Below are positions 24,086 through 35,620 of a stretch of 64,000 nucleotides of DNA, one piece after another; positions within the stretch are counted from its first letter, which is position 1, and each line of letters begins with the position of its first letter. A program made the translations under genes and the position numbers. The notes beneath the pieces were generated by a model, which ran no database searches, had not been told where the DNA came from, and worked only from the letters and a program-made list of their open reading frames with translations. The stretch is from positions 35,846,341 to 35,910,340 of the forward strand of contig JARFYF010000007.1 in NCBI GenBank assembly GCA_030265395.1, given 5' to 3'. The DNA comes from Rhina ancylostomus. Taxonomy: Eukaryota.

Positions 24086-27000
24086 AAAATATTCTTTCAA
24101 TACTTAAAGCCACTTTATAAAACGAGGATGCCATATACCTGTGCAAAATTTGATCCATTGTTTGCTACCTCCTGATCTTCGGCTAATGCCATGTGTTTGC
24201 AAGGCTCCTGACATAACTGGGATTTCAAGAGAACACATTAGGCCCTGGTGCATACTTCTCAGGCAGCCACATGAGACATAAATTCTTCAACTGAAATGTT
24301 ATAGTTAAGTTAAAATAGTTTCCTCTGAAATGGTAAAGTTACTACTACTGTGTTGTTTCTTAGTTTCGAAAAGCGAGCTATGTATTATACATTGGTACCA
24401 GAAAGGTCTAAGATTAGAAAGAGCAATCGGAACGCAGCTTGCTCGACCTTCCATCTGTACTGTGCAGCTTGTCTTAAAACCTAAATCTCTCATTTAACGT
24501 ATGCCCACAAACGGAAGCTGGCTACTGACTGAACTTTACCCAGTTTTCTTATGTATTGTAATCTCTATCCGGAGGTGGATGGTGCTTGAGTGATTTTGTA
24601 TGAAAACTAATTGCGTTAAAATGCAAAATGCAAGGGTTGGTGGGCCCATGACAGCGTTGTGGACAGTGGCCATTGATATTTGTCTCCTAGAAATAACAAC
24701 AGATTTTTCCCCTCAATTCTCAAAATACTTTTCCTTCAAAAGAAGTATATGTATATCAGCCTAATTCTACTATGCTGTATATTATTAGTAAGGAAAATGG
24801 GAAGGGGGCGGATATTCGTAATGACACACGTTTAAAGATTAGAATGTTATTGGGGAAGTAATATTGTAATTGAGGTACATAACTACAAGGGCACATCCAG
24901 ATAGAAAGCTTTTCGCGTAGTTTAAAGATATGGTAATGTAGCAAAATTAAAGCACAGTACACAGGAGCCGATGATAACGTTTACCGAATTTAAAATCCAA
25001 TAGATAAAAGGATGGTCAAACACTGCATTTTGCTTGCGCTGATTGAACTCCCACAAGAATTTTGTGAACTGTGGTCTTGGCTGAAAGGTTGCTGCAGGTC
25101 GAAATGTTTCTGATCCAAACGCAGGTGGATTGCAGTGGCCGCGATTATATCACTTCCTCCAAATCCCTCGTGCACCTAAAATCTCCATTTTTCCCAAACA
25201 GTTGCGCAATATTCAAGAACGACCATCTTTGATCAACTCTTTTCTACTGTGGGTGTTCCCTGATGTACTGAGCGGCTTAAGCAATCCATACAACATGGCT
25301 CACCAGTGTCAACGTAATTTCGAAATAGATCTCAAAATTCCACGTACCTGTTCAGCATATTCTTGACCTGCCGTATGTACCACCGGGAAATCTGAACCAG
25401 GACATAATGGAGTTATGGCAAAGACCATCTGTTGTTCATGGTGAGGAGCAATCTATCAAAAAGTGCGCCGTTAAGCATCCATCCAAGCATTTCACACCGT
25501 CACGCTCAATGTCACAATAAAACCAAGGTGTAAGACTCACTGTTAACAGTACGAACTTGAATGTTGTCCAGTATTCCAACTATTAAAACACACAGTGCCT
25601 CATGGCGTCTGTGTTCAAGGCGTATGCACACTCTACTGGTTAGGTGATGTACACAGGTACATCGAACCATATGTTTATTGGTAAGGATATAGGTCTGCTA
25701 ATTCCCCGTGTACATTTCATCCCATATTACCGTATTTGGGTGCATGTTAACGAACGCTACAGCTCTCTATAGAGCACGAAATTACAGGACTCATCTGTTT
25801 TGATTGGAACTTGTGTTGACTCAGTTGATATGGGAGTCAATCCGTATCAGTTCCAGACTATCTTTCTTTCTGTTGATAAAAAATAGCCTCACAACAGTTC
25901 ATGCGTATACACAAACACAAATACTACCAACAGTTAACAATCACCTACCAGATCAATCTCAGAACAGTGTTTTACCGGCCACAGGGTTCCCTAAAGCTCA
26001 ATGTGATTGTTATCATCAGGTTTTAATAATCTCTGAAACGTGTATTCATTTTAACGTAAATTGTGACAGTAAAATGATCAACGAATCGGATTATTTAACT
26101 TCAAAAGCTGATTATAAATGCATATTGAATAGTGAATACGAGAATATTAAGCCATTATTCGCCATCCGCGAGTAATCGCCCAGTGACTCATATATGCAAT
26201 AAAAACCTGGAGAAAGTAATTTCTATTTGTTCAATAAACTAAGAAAATACTATCTATGAGGAAGTTAACTTAACATTGGAAGATACCTGGAAACACTTAA
26301 ATAGCAATGTCGTATGGTTTAATTTGTATAGGAATCTATGGTGAAAGGGTTAAACAGCTCTGGGGCTTGTTTGATGTTTCAAATATTATCTCCCCTCCCC
26401 CATCCTCTACTCTGTCACGTTTGCCTTTCTCGCCAGAATTCGTCTGACTTTGACAACCTTGTTCTCCACGAACTGATTCTCCACACTGACCGATACTGGA
26501 GTCATCCTCGACAAAAATAAAACACTGGAAACAATTGAATATTTGAAAGTATCGCAGCAATAATTAAGCCCACAATCTCATATAAAACAGGACCAAAAAT
26601 GATTCAAGTAACTTGGCATCTGGTCGAATCCATTATTTCGTTTATCATGTTTCAATATGGATTTGGCAAGGCTACGATTAAAGTGGGGAAATGAAACATT
26701 ATGAAAGGTTTAAGCACCTTGTCACGACGTACATTTACGCTCTTTTAAAGTGGATCTTTATAGTGAGAATATACACAGCAAACTTAATCGTTCTGCAAAT
26801 AGTACAGCGATGGGCAGTGCTCGCAATTAAGGAAGTATTGAGGTTTGTTTATACATGTTGAGCATTTGTTATTAGAAACCACACCACCAAAAAAAACAAG
26901 GATGTGGTTGTATTAATTTGGTAATCAGAAACTACATAAACTGGATAAATCAAGCCACAAACTCCAGAAGTATATCTTTCAGGTCTGCAATAAAGTCTGT

Positions 27001-28237
27001 ATAAAGTCAATTTGTCTCCCCACTGGATGCAACAGAGCAGTTTGAACAAAAGAGCTCTCTACCTTTGTGGAGCTGTGCGGGAATCTTTTCAGAGCCGGCT
27101 GATCCCGCACGGGTCACCGAATTCATTCGCTAAAAACTTCTATATTTTTCTTTGAGGTTTTTTTTAGTACAATTGCACTGTATCACTTCAGGCCCAGATC
27201 GATTACGTTGTTCCATCTAACAATTACTTTAGATCGGTAAAGATCCACGAATGGTCTACGCTATTTTAATTATCGGACCATTAGAACAAATGAGGAGACC
27301 TGGCCATAGAACGAGAAATCCGAACAATTGTGTAATTTCAGCTGTACGCTTTAATAATATTTAAGTTGAAATATGTTGATCTATCAAGTCAGTATATAGC
27401 TGCCTCTAGGCAATAATTTAACTAGCACATCTATGCATAGTCATGGCTTGGCTCTTACACATTCAAGTCTTCAACAACACGAATTATGTGATTTTAATAC
27501 AAAATCAACTTGAATGTGGCAAATTAAATACAGACATTTAAAGGGATGCGGTGTAGTAGGCAATGCGCGTTCGTGGCGTTAGTTTCTGCAATCATTCTAA
27601 AAGTAGCGATCAATGAAAGGAACATATGAGGTAAATAAGAATTAGGTATGATTCGGAAGTTAAAAATCAACCGACACAATATACAGTCATGCACAGAAAA
27701 CTGTCACTTTAAATGCCTTAGTTAGAAATCTCGCGGGGTTTTATGGAGGTTTAGCACAACACTCGGATTCAGGCCCGAAGTGTAAGTGTTTCCCCACCAG
27801 ATGGAGTGACCTGTTCAATTACTACCAAGTCCGGGCAAGCACACAATTCTTTTTCACTAGTCAATCTGTAACACTCTGCACGAGAAGCTATCTAAAGAAC
27901 ACCACGCATCATACAGCAAGAAAAACCAGAGAGCACTGCACCATGCCAAGTCAAGTCTCTAAAATCAACTTCATAGTCCATTTTTAGAAATAAATCTAAT
28001 GGTAGAGAACAGGTTATTACCAAAAAGTGATGCTACTGAAGAGTATGGTGTATTCTCCCCGATATCTGCCGTATTAATAAGATAAACTTCATTGAGTTTC
28101 GAAGTTCTGAACTTATCTGCAGCTTTGAATTTACACTCACTACAATCAAGTGAACATGGGAAATTATTGCTCAATTGTTATTCTTCACCCAAAAAGTAAT
28201 ATAAAAATTCACTTTATTTCAACTCCGCTAGAATTTA

Positions 28238-28250
28238 GTTGCTAAGCAAC
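28238..28250. promoter_or_regulatory. RFX X-box palindrome
   Basis: GTTGC TAA GCAAC: perfect inverted half-sites in unique sequence ~5.8 kb downstream of the POU3F3 stop. Confidence 0.5.
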
Positions 28251-29829
28251 CGTGCCAGCTAATCGATCGGAGAAATGAGATTTTTTTTTAAGGCTGCTGC
28301 TTTTTAATGAATGGTCGAAACCTGGAAAACAACTTGCAGTATGGGCAGCATCTGTCTTACGTGAAGGCAGTGAAAACTCTTGGCAAGACCCCTTGCAATA
28401 CACCAGCACCGGTTAAGACAGATTCCCCAGATCTTGGCCATCTTCCGTGCAGCAAGGATGCAGACCATGTTAGGCTGAAAAAATTGCAACATTTTGTCAG
28501 AATCATTTCTTTTCTGCCTGTAATTGGGAGTGTGTATCGATTAAAATAAAGTAAATCGCACGTACAAACCTGTGCATTGCACTGCTATTTTTCCCAAAGA
28601 GGAGGGAGTGGGTGGGTCAGTGGGAGGTTGGAACAGCTGAAACTGTAGCATTTATTGCAATGGGAACAGAGGCAGACTAAGTAGAATGGAAGCACTTTGA
28701 CTTGAGCCCAGATGGGCTTTCATGGCGATTCGCAATTAAAATGCAGATCAGTTTAACGAGACACAAATATACACCTGCGCTTAAATGTGACTACTGCATA
28801 TGGCTTCCAACATAACCCTTATTTGAAAAGTTAAAGATTTTCGTATATAAAACAACTCTGTTTTGTGATTCCACCTTTCTGTTCTCAACATTANNNNNNN
28901 NNNNNNNNNNNNNNNNNNNNNNNNNNNNNNNNNNNNNAGTATTAGGTATGCATACAATGCATTTTTTTTAAAAAAACGATTTATAATAACAAAACTCAAC
29001 CATGGGAACACTCATTAGCCAATGCCGCTTCCCCACGCCTAAGACCTATTCTTTCACAGCACCTTCTGCCACTTGCGTGTAACATGTTGTCAAACTGTTG
29101 CGTAGATTAAGTTACGACATACCTTGCTAATGCAAGAGAATTAACTAGAAACTAATATACTCATTCCACCCCTAAACTCGAATATCAAACCGCAGAATGT
29201 GTTCAGCTAACCACTAATATTTGTTTTCTGGCGCCGTTTCTGATCCATTTATAAAGTAGCACAACTTATGCTCAGATGTCAGTTTCATATATAGCTCTCG
29301 AGTCGGTCCAAGTTAAGCAAAAAAAAGGGAAGCATACTACAGGCAGTTCGTTTAAAAAATGAGCTGAATATATTACAAATATTTCAACTTTTGTTTCCAA
29401 GGAAATTGGTGGAAATACTACGCGGGAAATAATTCCCACCTTGTGAAATGGGAAACTTGCGTAAGAATGCAAACTCAATTGAGCAAGTTCTGTACAAAAT
29501 ACACCTGTTGCAGCAGCTTGTGAGTTTTGATCAATTAACATTTAAGTTGGCAGCACGGCTTCAACATGTGCTTGTGAGGTAAATTCAGAATGTTCTTATA
29601 ACTTTTTAAAAAAAGATTAAAACTCACCCAAAAACGGATAGGGAAAGCATTTTTGGAACATCGCCTAATTTTAAACAACCGCCAGTTATTTTGAAACTTA
29701 CCTCACCTCCACGAAGTATTATCAACTATTTACTTCGCTCTCTCGTGACAGTTGCACTTAAAGGCGAATAAATTTCAACGGGTGAAAGCGGCAGCATTGA
29801 CTGTCCAAACATAAGGTGTACTTTTGAAT

Positions 29830-29995
29830 ACTGGGTCGAAAGCCTGGCACTATCTTTCCGAAAGCGCTGTGCGGTTACTTCATCGCAACAACAGCAGCGA
29901 TTCAAGGAGGCGGCTCAGCACCACCTGCTCAAAGGCAGTGCGGGATGGACAATAAATGCCGGTCTTCTAGCGACACCCACATCCCGTAAATGAAT
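29830..29995 (+). mobile_element. LINE 3' end (same family as 21150)
   Basis: ctgggtcgaaagcctgg...gcagcgattcaaggaggcggctcagcaccacctgctcaaaggca..gggatggacaataaatgccggtc..gcgacacccacatcccg. Confidence 0.8.
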
Positions 29996-32579
29996 ATATA
30001 ATAATCACAATCATTCGCAGAATAAATAGAACATGACGTAAGCAGAGACAGTAATATGTATAATTGAAATACAGGCACTCTGTGTTGTGTTTGTGCGTGT
30101 ATTTCAATGCTCCTACAATTTCTGCACATGTACACCAATATTCTAACACGTTCGGCGAATAATTGATAGGCAAATATTTTGAAACTGGAAAGAAGGAGAC
30201 AGTTGGGGCTTCCATAATAAGATAGCCAGAAAACAGACGATGCGTCTGAGAAATTGTGAGTCGCTGGTCAACAGAGGATAGCTAATGTGTCATCGAAAGA
30301 TACAGATAAAGGAGATAGAAATTAATGCAGGTTAACAAGGGACCTTTCTGCAAGAATACTTCTTGTAATTATATGCATTCCATTTCAAATGGAAATAATA
30401 AAGGAAAATATAAAAAATAATTGCTGAGAAAATGCGATGATAAAACAAATTCGAAATATACGATAAGCGGTTTAAATGAGTACCGAGATCCAATCTGTTG
30501 GGGTAATATCAAACAGTTCAAAGTTTGCCACCTAGAAATATATTTTATTATTTATTACACTTTATCTTTGATTCTGCATTTTCTCACATACTTCAATTAC
30601 TTGTCCAACGGGTCGTCACAGAATTGAGTGCTGTTCGGGATTTGGTTCAAACAGGGCCTTAAATAGAACTTCTCCGGAATAAATTGAACTAATATGGAAA
30701 AGAGCGGAACAGTGTTTCTTATTTCATGCAATTCTCCAGTGGCTCTTCTGCTATCTAATGGAACACTTCTAAGTAATCCAACGTCAATGCTTCANNNNNN
30801 NNNNCATTTCCTCCAAAACATCAAACTTACAAAATCAGATGTTGGCCTAAGTTTCAGACGCTTTAATCGCTCGGGACTGACACATAAATCATTCGGGATT
30901 CCACTCTTTCTTGAATACACAAATTATCATCCTCCTGAAGAGTTTATACAGTTCTGATAATTTCCTAACAAGCAGCCCCCTTCATATGCGTAAAAAGAAA
31001 GGATTTTCGGAATCACATATTATTATTTGCTAACAAGAGTCTATCTTACTGACAAGCCTAATGTTCCCATAGTCCCCACTATTCATTAGTATCACTATGC
31101 CACTTATCAGCGCGGTTCCTAGTGACCATAAGTGCCGAGAAACGTTTCTATTCGGGATTTAACAACTTCTGGTATTGTGATCTCGAATTCCCAGTACAAC
31201 GCTGCGCTGACCCACAACTTCCTATTGGTACACTCCGCATACACAGGTCTTCATAAACTAAAACAACGGCAGTAGAATATAATAGCACAATGATCATACA
31301 TTCCGAGATCTAGCTGTAATATAGCACTTCACTGACGTCACATGCCGAGCTGTTCAAAGAAAGAATATAATCCAGAGCATGCCAACAACCTAACATGTGT
31401 TGTCACCTCGTGTGATTATTTTGTATTTTAAAACAATAACGAATCTCTGCACCAAGCATCTCGCTACATCAATCTCCTCCACACCTCACACCATCAGGAA
31501 CGTTCTGACAGTCGAAAATATTTAGACTGGATTATAAGTATTGTTTCAGAATATACAGAAAAGGCAGAATCACAATAGCACCGCACATCAATGTCAGCCA
31601 GGCATTTGTGAAAAAAACGTTAAACTATCAAATAGTAGGAAAGAGGATATTCCGAAATATTGCACGGCGAGTATTTTTGATTACTTCTAAACACATTTCT
31701 CATGCATGAAGCTTATATCGGCGAACAGAAATGTAATATATATAATAGCATCATACTTGTAATTCTCATCTGTATTTTTAGTAAGACGCCACTGGTATAA
31801 AGCATGAAAGGATGCTTGTGGGGAATAAAACCCTGAACAACAGAGAACCCTGCTATAAATCAAAGCGGCTTACGACCTTTGTCTACAGGTAAGTAAAATA
31901 TTAAACGCCATTAAACGCTTTCATGATGGTCTATAATTTTATTTTAATATATTCCCTGCATATGATACGTGGTTTACCTTTAGAGCTGTTTTGGGAATTT
32001 TTAGGTAAAACGCCTTTAATTAAATATATTCAGACGTCCTTGTTCTACTGGGTCTTGCTTTCGAAATACAGAGCAAACCAGTCTAACCTCTATAAACACA
32101 ACCATTCAATGAAACTGTGACCTGCGGATGAACCTCTTTTTGAAATTTCATTTACCACCCCCAGTTAAACAGCTCTGATATGTTTCTTTCGAATAAATAA
32201 CTCCACATTTAAACCGCCCGATTAAAATCCAATATTTTTGACAAGGTGTTTTTTTTTTGTTTTTAAAAAGATGGCAAACCAATGGCGTAGGAAAATCATG
32301 CAAACTCAATAGAACAGAAGCTGAGGCTTGTTGTGCTCTCCGTTTTGGAAACTCTATAAAACGCAGAAAGCAGATACAGGGCAATCATCCAAACTCATCA
32401 GAGGACTTAAGCATGATTAAAAGCCTATCTGTGTATGATAACATGGAAAATAGACTCTAATTAAATTTCATTTAGAAAATCATAACTTATTTTTAACGTA
32501 AACCATCCTTTCAAAATAAAATAAAACGTGTACTGTTTAAAACTAAAACTATATTAAATATCAAAGCCTGGTTGAATCA

Positions 32580-34038
32580 TACACCATTGAATTTATGGTT
32601 CATAAATAAATTCTCTATTTACCCTGGACTAACACTTTTCTTCAACAGAATCCAACTGTTATTGTACACCAGACACACGAGCCATAAAATCGTTTGACTC
32701 TAACAAATTTATTTCTTGAATCATCTCTTACGGAATCACTACTCAAATTAAATTACAATCAAATTATCACATCAAAAGATACCCTTATTACCTAACAACT
32801 GTCCATTTTTCATCGCATTTATTTGTGCTCGTTTTGAAAACATCTAATACAAGATCTGGGGAAAAATAAATTACCGTTTTGCAGCAGTTCATAGGTATTC
32901 TGAATAAAATATTAAAAGAAGTCAATTTTGATGAAAATATAAAGTAAATATTTTTTAGATCAGTAACTGATCTACTGACTCTATATTGCCGTCTTTGTAA
33001 AGTCTATATTGAAACCTACCAAGAACACTGCTTGGAAATGGCAGTTTTATACAGTCGCATCCACAGCACCCATTCATTCAACTTGGCAATGGTTTTAGAA
33101 GAGGATAAGTTCGGTAAGTGCAGCTGCAGATGGTGGAGTGTTTTTTTTCTCTTTTTCTTTTTTAGTAAAAATTGTTTCTACTCCATTCGGCTGGAGGTGA
33201 AATTAGAAAACATTGGGGTGAAGGTTTTTTGGGGGGATGGTGTTGGGAAGGGGGTGGGGATGAGGTCGAACACAACATAATGAACCAATCATCAAAGCCA
33301 CATCTGGGACGATTTCTCGCCCAAATCCCCCAGTCCTTTGTCTTGTCTTTTCCAACAAGCCTCGCTGCTGAAAGTTCCATCTGTCATTATTTTTGGATCA
33401 ACCCATTTAATTATTTTCTCTTGAAAATTTCCCTGCCTCGCAGGTTTAGCGTTGTTCGGAAGTTTTGCGTTTTAAAGGCCCTCTTTTACCGGTCCTCCTT
33501 TTATATAGTCAGTACGGATTATCTCCTTTTCTTCCGCAGATTGCCGTGATTTACATTAAGAACAGTTTCTCTATTTGATATAACAGAATGAAAGATTTTC
33601 GTTCTTTCCATGTTGCCTATGCACCTGACAGAACCAAGAAAAACAAGTCGCTGGAAGTATACCAGGCACCTTACAGTCAACCAGCGACCACGGCCGATCT
33701 CACTGGACCAAATTGGAAATAATTTTATAAACCAGTCCTTCTGAAACAGCAGGGGAATGAATTCACACTTATCTTGAAGTATCTGGGGTCATGGGAGTGG
33801 GGAGGGGTCCACCTGTCGATCACCACAAGCCAAGAGGGTTCAGATTTTTCATATTTTTTTAAAAAAAAGAAAAGACACCTGCAGTTTTAATGCACTCATT
33901 CTATGCAATCGCCAGCCTCACAATCACAGTAGAAAACCTGCTATCATTGCGATAGTCCTGATCTTGTTGATTTCGTTCTGTCCCATATTTTGTTTTAAAA
34001 AAATCCAGTCTAAACAGTCTATGTTTAGTGTCTTGCTT
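32580..34038 (-). other. Probable POU3F3 3' UTR with candidate poly(A) signals
   Basis: Repeat-free, U-rich on the mRNA strand. AATAAA (+ strand tttatt) at 32818-32823 and 32708-32713. AU-rich ATTTATTTA near 32603-32611. The true 3' end is unknown. Confidence 0.5.
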
Positions 34039-34937
34039 TCACTGCACGGCGGTTTGTAGTCCATGGTGAGAGGGCGGTGTGTCGGCGTTTACATTGCCGA
34101 CCTGTGAGTACACATCGTCCGTCTGCTGCACTCCTCCCGGCGGCGTCATGCGTTTCTCCTTCTGCCTCCGATTGCAGAACCAAACCCGGACAACTTCTTT
34201 TTCCAACTGCAGGCTGTCTGCCAGGGTCGAGATCTCCTGCGCCGAGGGCTTGGGGCATTTCAAGAAGTGGCTCTCCAAAGCTCCCTTGACACTGACCTCG
34301 ATGGAGGTGCGCTTCTTTCTCTTTCTGCCCTGAGCCGCTATCTTGTCGATGCTGGTGGGGCTGCCGGTCGACGAGTCGGCCTCCTCCAGCCACTTGTTCA
34401 GCAGAGGTTTGAGTTTGCACATGTTCTTAAAGCTCAGCTGCAGAGCTTCGAACCGGCAGATCGTGGTCTGCGAAAAGACGTTGCCATACAGGGTGCCCAG
34501 CGCCAAGCCGACGTCGGCCTGGGTGAAGCCCAGCTTGATCCTTCTCTGCTTGAACTGCTTGGCGAACTGCTCCAGGTCGTCCGAGGTCGGCGTGTCCTCG
34601 TCCGAGTGGTCGTGGCTGTGGTGCTGCTGCCCGTGATCCACCAGCTCCGGCGTGTCCCTCAGCCCCGGGTGCAGGCTCTGCCCTCCCGCCTGACTCAGCA
34701 TGCCGTTGACGGTGAACCCCCCGGGCTGCGAGTAGATCAGAGGCTGAACGGCCGAGCCCATGGAAGGCAGGTGAGCCGTGGTCGTCGCCCCCCAGGCGGT
34801 CGGGTGGCCACCGTGAGACGGCTGGTGAGGGGGCAAGTGAGGCGGGCGGTGGTGGTGCAGCGGAGCGGCTCCCGTGTGCAGCTCGTCCCGGCCCACGACC
34901 TGCACCGACGGCTTCACATCCTGTTGCTGCTGCTGCT

Positions 34938-34975
<38 letters not shown>

Positions 34976-35235
34976 CCCAAGGGGCTGCCGGACATGGCCG
35001 AGGACCAGGGCGAGCCGGCATCGGTGTGCGGCAGCGCCGTCACCCACTGGTGTGCATGGCTGAGCATGTGGCCGTTGCTGGCGATGGCCCCCTGCATGAA
35101 ATCGCTTTGCACCATTTTCGAGGGATCCCGGTACGTGGTCGCCTGCTGCATACCGCCTGAGTCGCTGTGCACGATAGAGTTGGACGACAAGATGCTATTG
35201 CTCGGCATGTAGGGATTGGACGTCGCTGTCGCCAT
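34039..35235 (-). CDS. POU3F3: POU domain class 3 transcription factor 3 (Brn-1), single exon, 398 aa
   Basis: ATG at 35235 in strong Kozak context (AAAGCCATGG), TGA at 34041-34039. N-terminus [44 protein letters not shown]; POU-specific domain ([30 protein letters not shown]...); linker [15 protein letters not shown]; POU homeodomain ([32 protein letters not shown]...[12 protein letters not shown]); C-terminus [22 protein letters not shown]. The N- and C-termini are diagnostic for POU3F3 rather than POU3F1/2/4. The ORF-track start at 35490 is an upstream GTG. Confidence 0.96.
34921..34974 (-). repeat. CAG/CAA trinucleotide repeat encoding Q18 in POU3F3
   Basis: Coding strand reads (CAG)7 CAA (CAG)3 CAA (CAG)4 CAA CAG, between SPLG and DVKP. 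Confidence 0.97.
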
Positions 35236-35434
35236 GGCTTTCCCCCTCGCTTGTCTTTTTTTGTAGCAGTTGTTTGATTGCCAGAAATAAATAGAAATAA
35301 AAGTGTTTTTTTTAATCCCTCTCTTTTTTTTTTGCTTTTCGCTCTCTTTTTTTGTTGTTGCTGAGAGTTTTGTTGTTGTGTAATGGGATGCTGGTGCTGG
35401 GACTTGGTAGAGCTGCTGTTTGACAGCTCCCTTC

Positions 35435-35440
35435 TCACAT
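35435..35440 (-). other. Start-stop (ATG-TGA) element in the putative POU3F3 5' leader
   Basis: Minus strand reads GGCT ATG TGA GAAG. It is the only upstream ATG between the promoter motifs and the main ATG. Confidence 0.55.
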
Positions 35441-35620
35441 AGCCAGTGTTTACCTCGGCCGCCGCGCCGCGCTCTCCCCGCACACCACAAAAAAAGGAGG
35501 AAGTTCAGCCAGAAGCTCCCGCTGATTGGCTACCCGCTGAGTGATTGACGCCTTCCGACTGCGAGACTCGGGCGCGCGGCTTCCTTCCGGCGGTTCCGAT
35601 TGGCTGCTTTTTAATTAGGG
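35441..35620 (-). promoter_or_regulatory. TATA-less POU3F3 core/proximal promoter (two CCAAT boxes, TGATTGAC PBX/TALE-type site, ETS sites)
   Basis: CTGATTGGC at 35522-35530 and CGATTGGCT near 35597-35605 (CCAAT on the minus strand). TGATTGAC at 35542-35549. CTTCCG(G) ETS/GABP-like sites near 35552 and 35584. GC-rich run 35456-35480. The TSS position is inferred, not observed. Confidence 0.75.

Larger units (their letters stand above)
34050..35620. promoter_or_regulatory. CpG island covering the POU3F3 CDS and promoter
   Basis: High GC and very dense CpG across the CDS and 35450-35600; the 5' leader itself is T-rich on the + strand. Confidence 0.85.

Noticed and set aside
23140-24545. Possible LF-SINE-like relics (23140-23350 and 24380-24545)
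   Set aside because: Only patchy resemblance by eye; needs an HMM search.
28307-28549. 80-aa ATG ORF downstream of the X-box
   Set aside because: No recognisable homology or exon context; more simply explained as regulatory DNA.
33901-34038. 45-codon open frame after the TGA (possible readthrough, as reported for the Drosophila POU-III gene vvl)
   Set aside because: The stop context is TGA-A, not the leaky TGA-C(TAG). An open stretch of this length can occur by chance, and no conservation evidence is available.
34025-35483. Overlapping antisense and alternate-frame ORFs (297, 206, 147 and 131 aa)
   Set aside because: Shadow ORFs caused by the high GC3 codon bias and CAG repeat of POU3F3.
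35236-35490. 85-codon in-frame N-terminal extension of POU3F3 from a GTG (ORF track 483 aa)
   Set aside because: Low-complexity A-rich leader with few Ts, so few stops are expected. It is unlike POU3F proteins, and the conserved MATA start has a strong Kozak context. Non-AUG initiation cannot be excluded without Ribo-seq.
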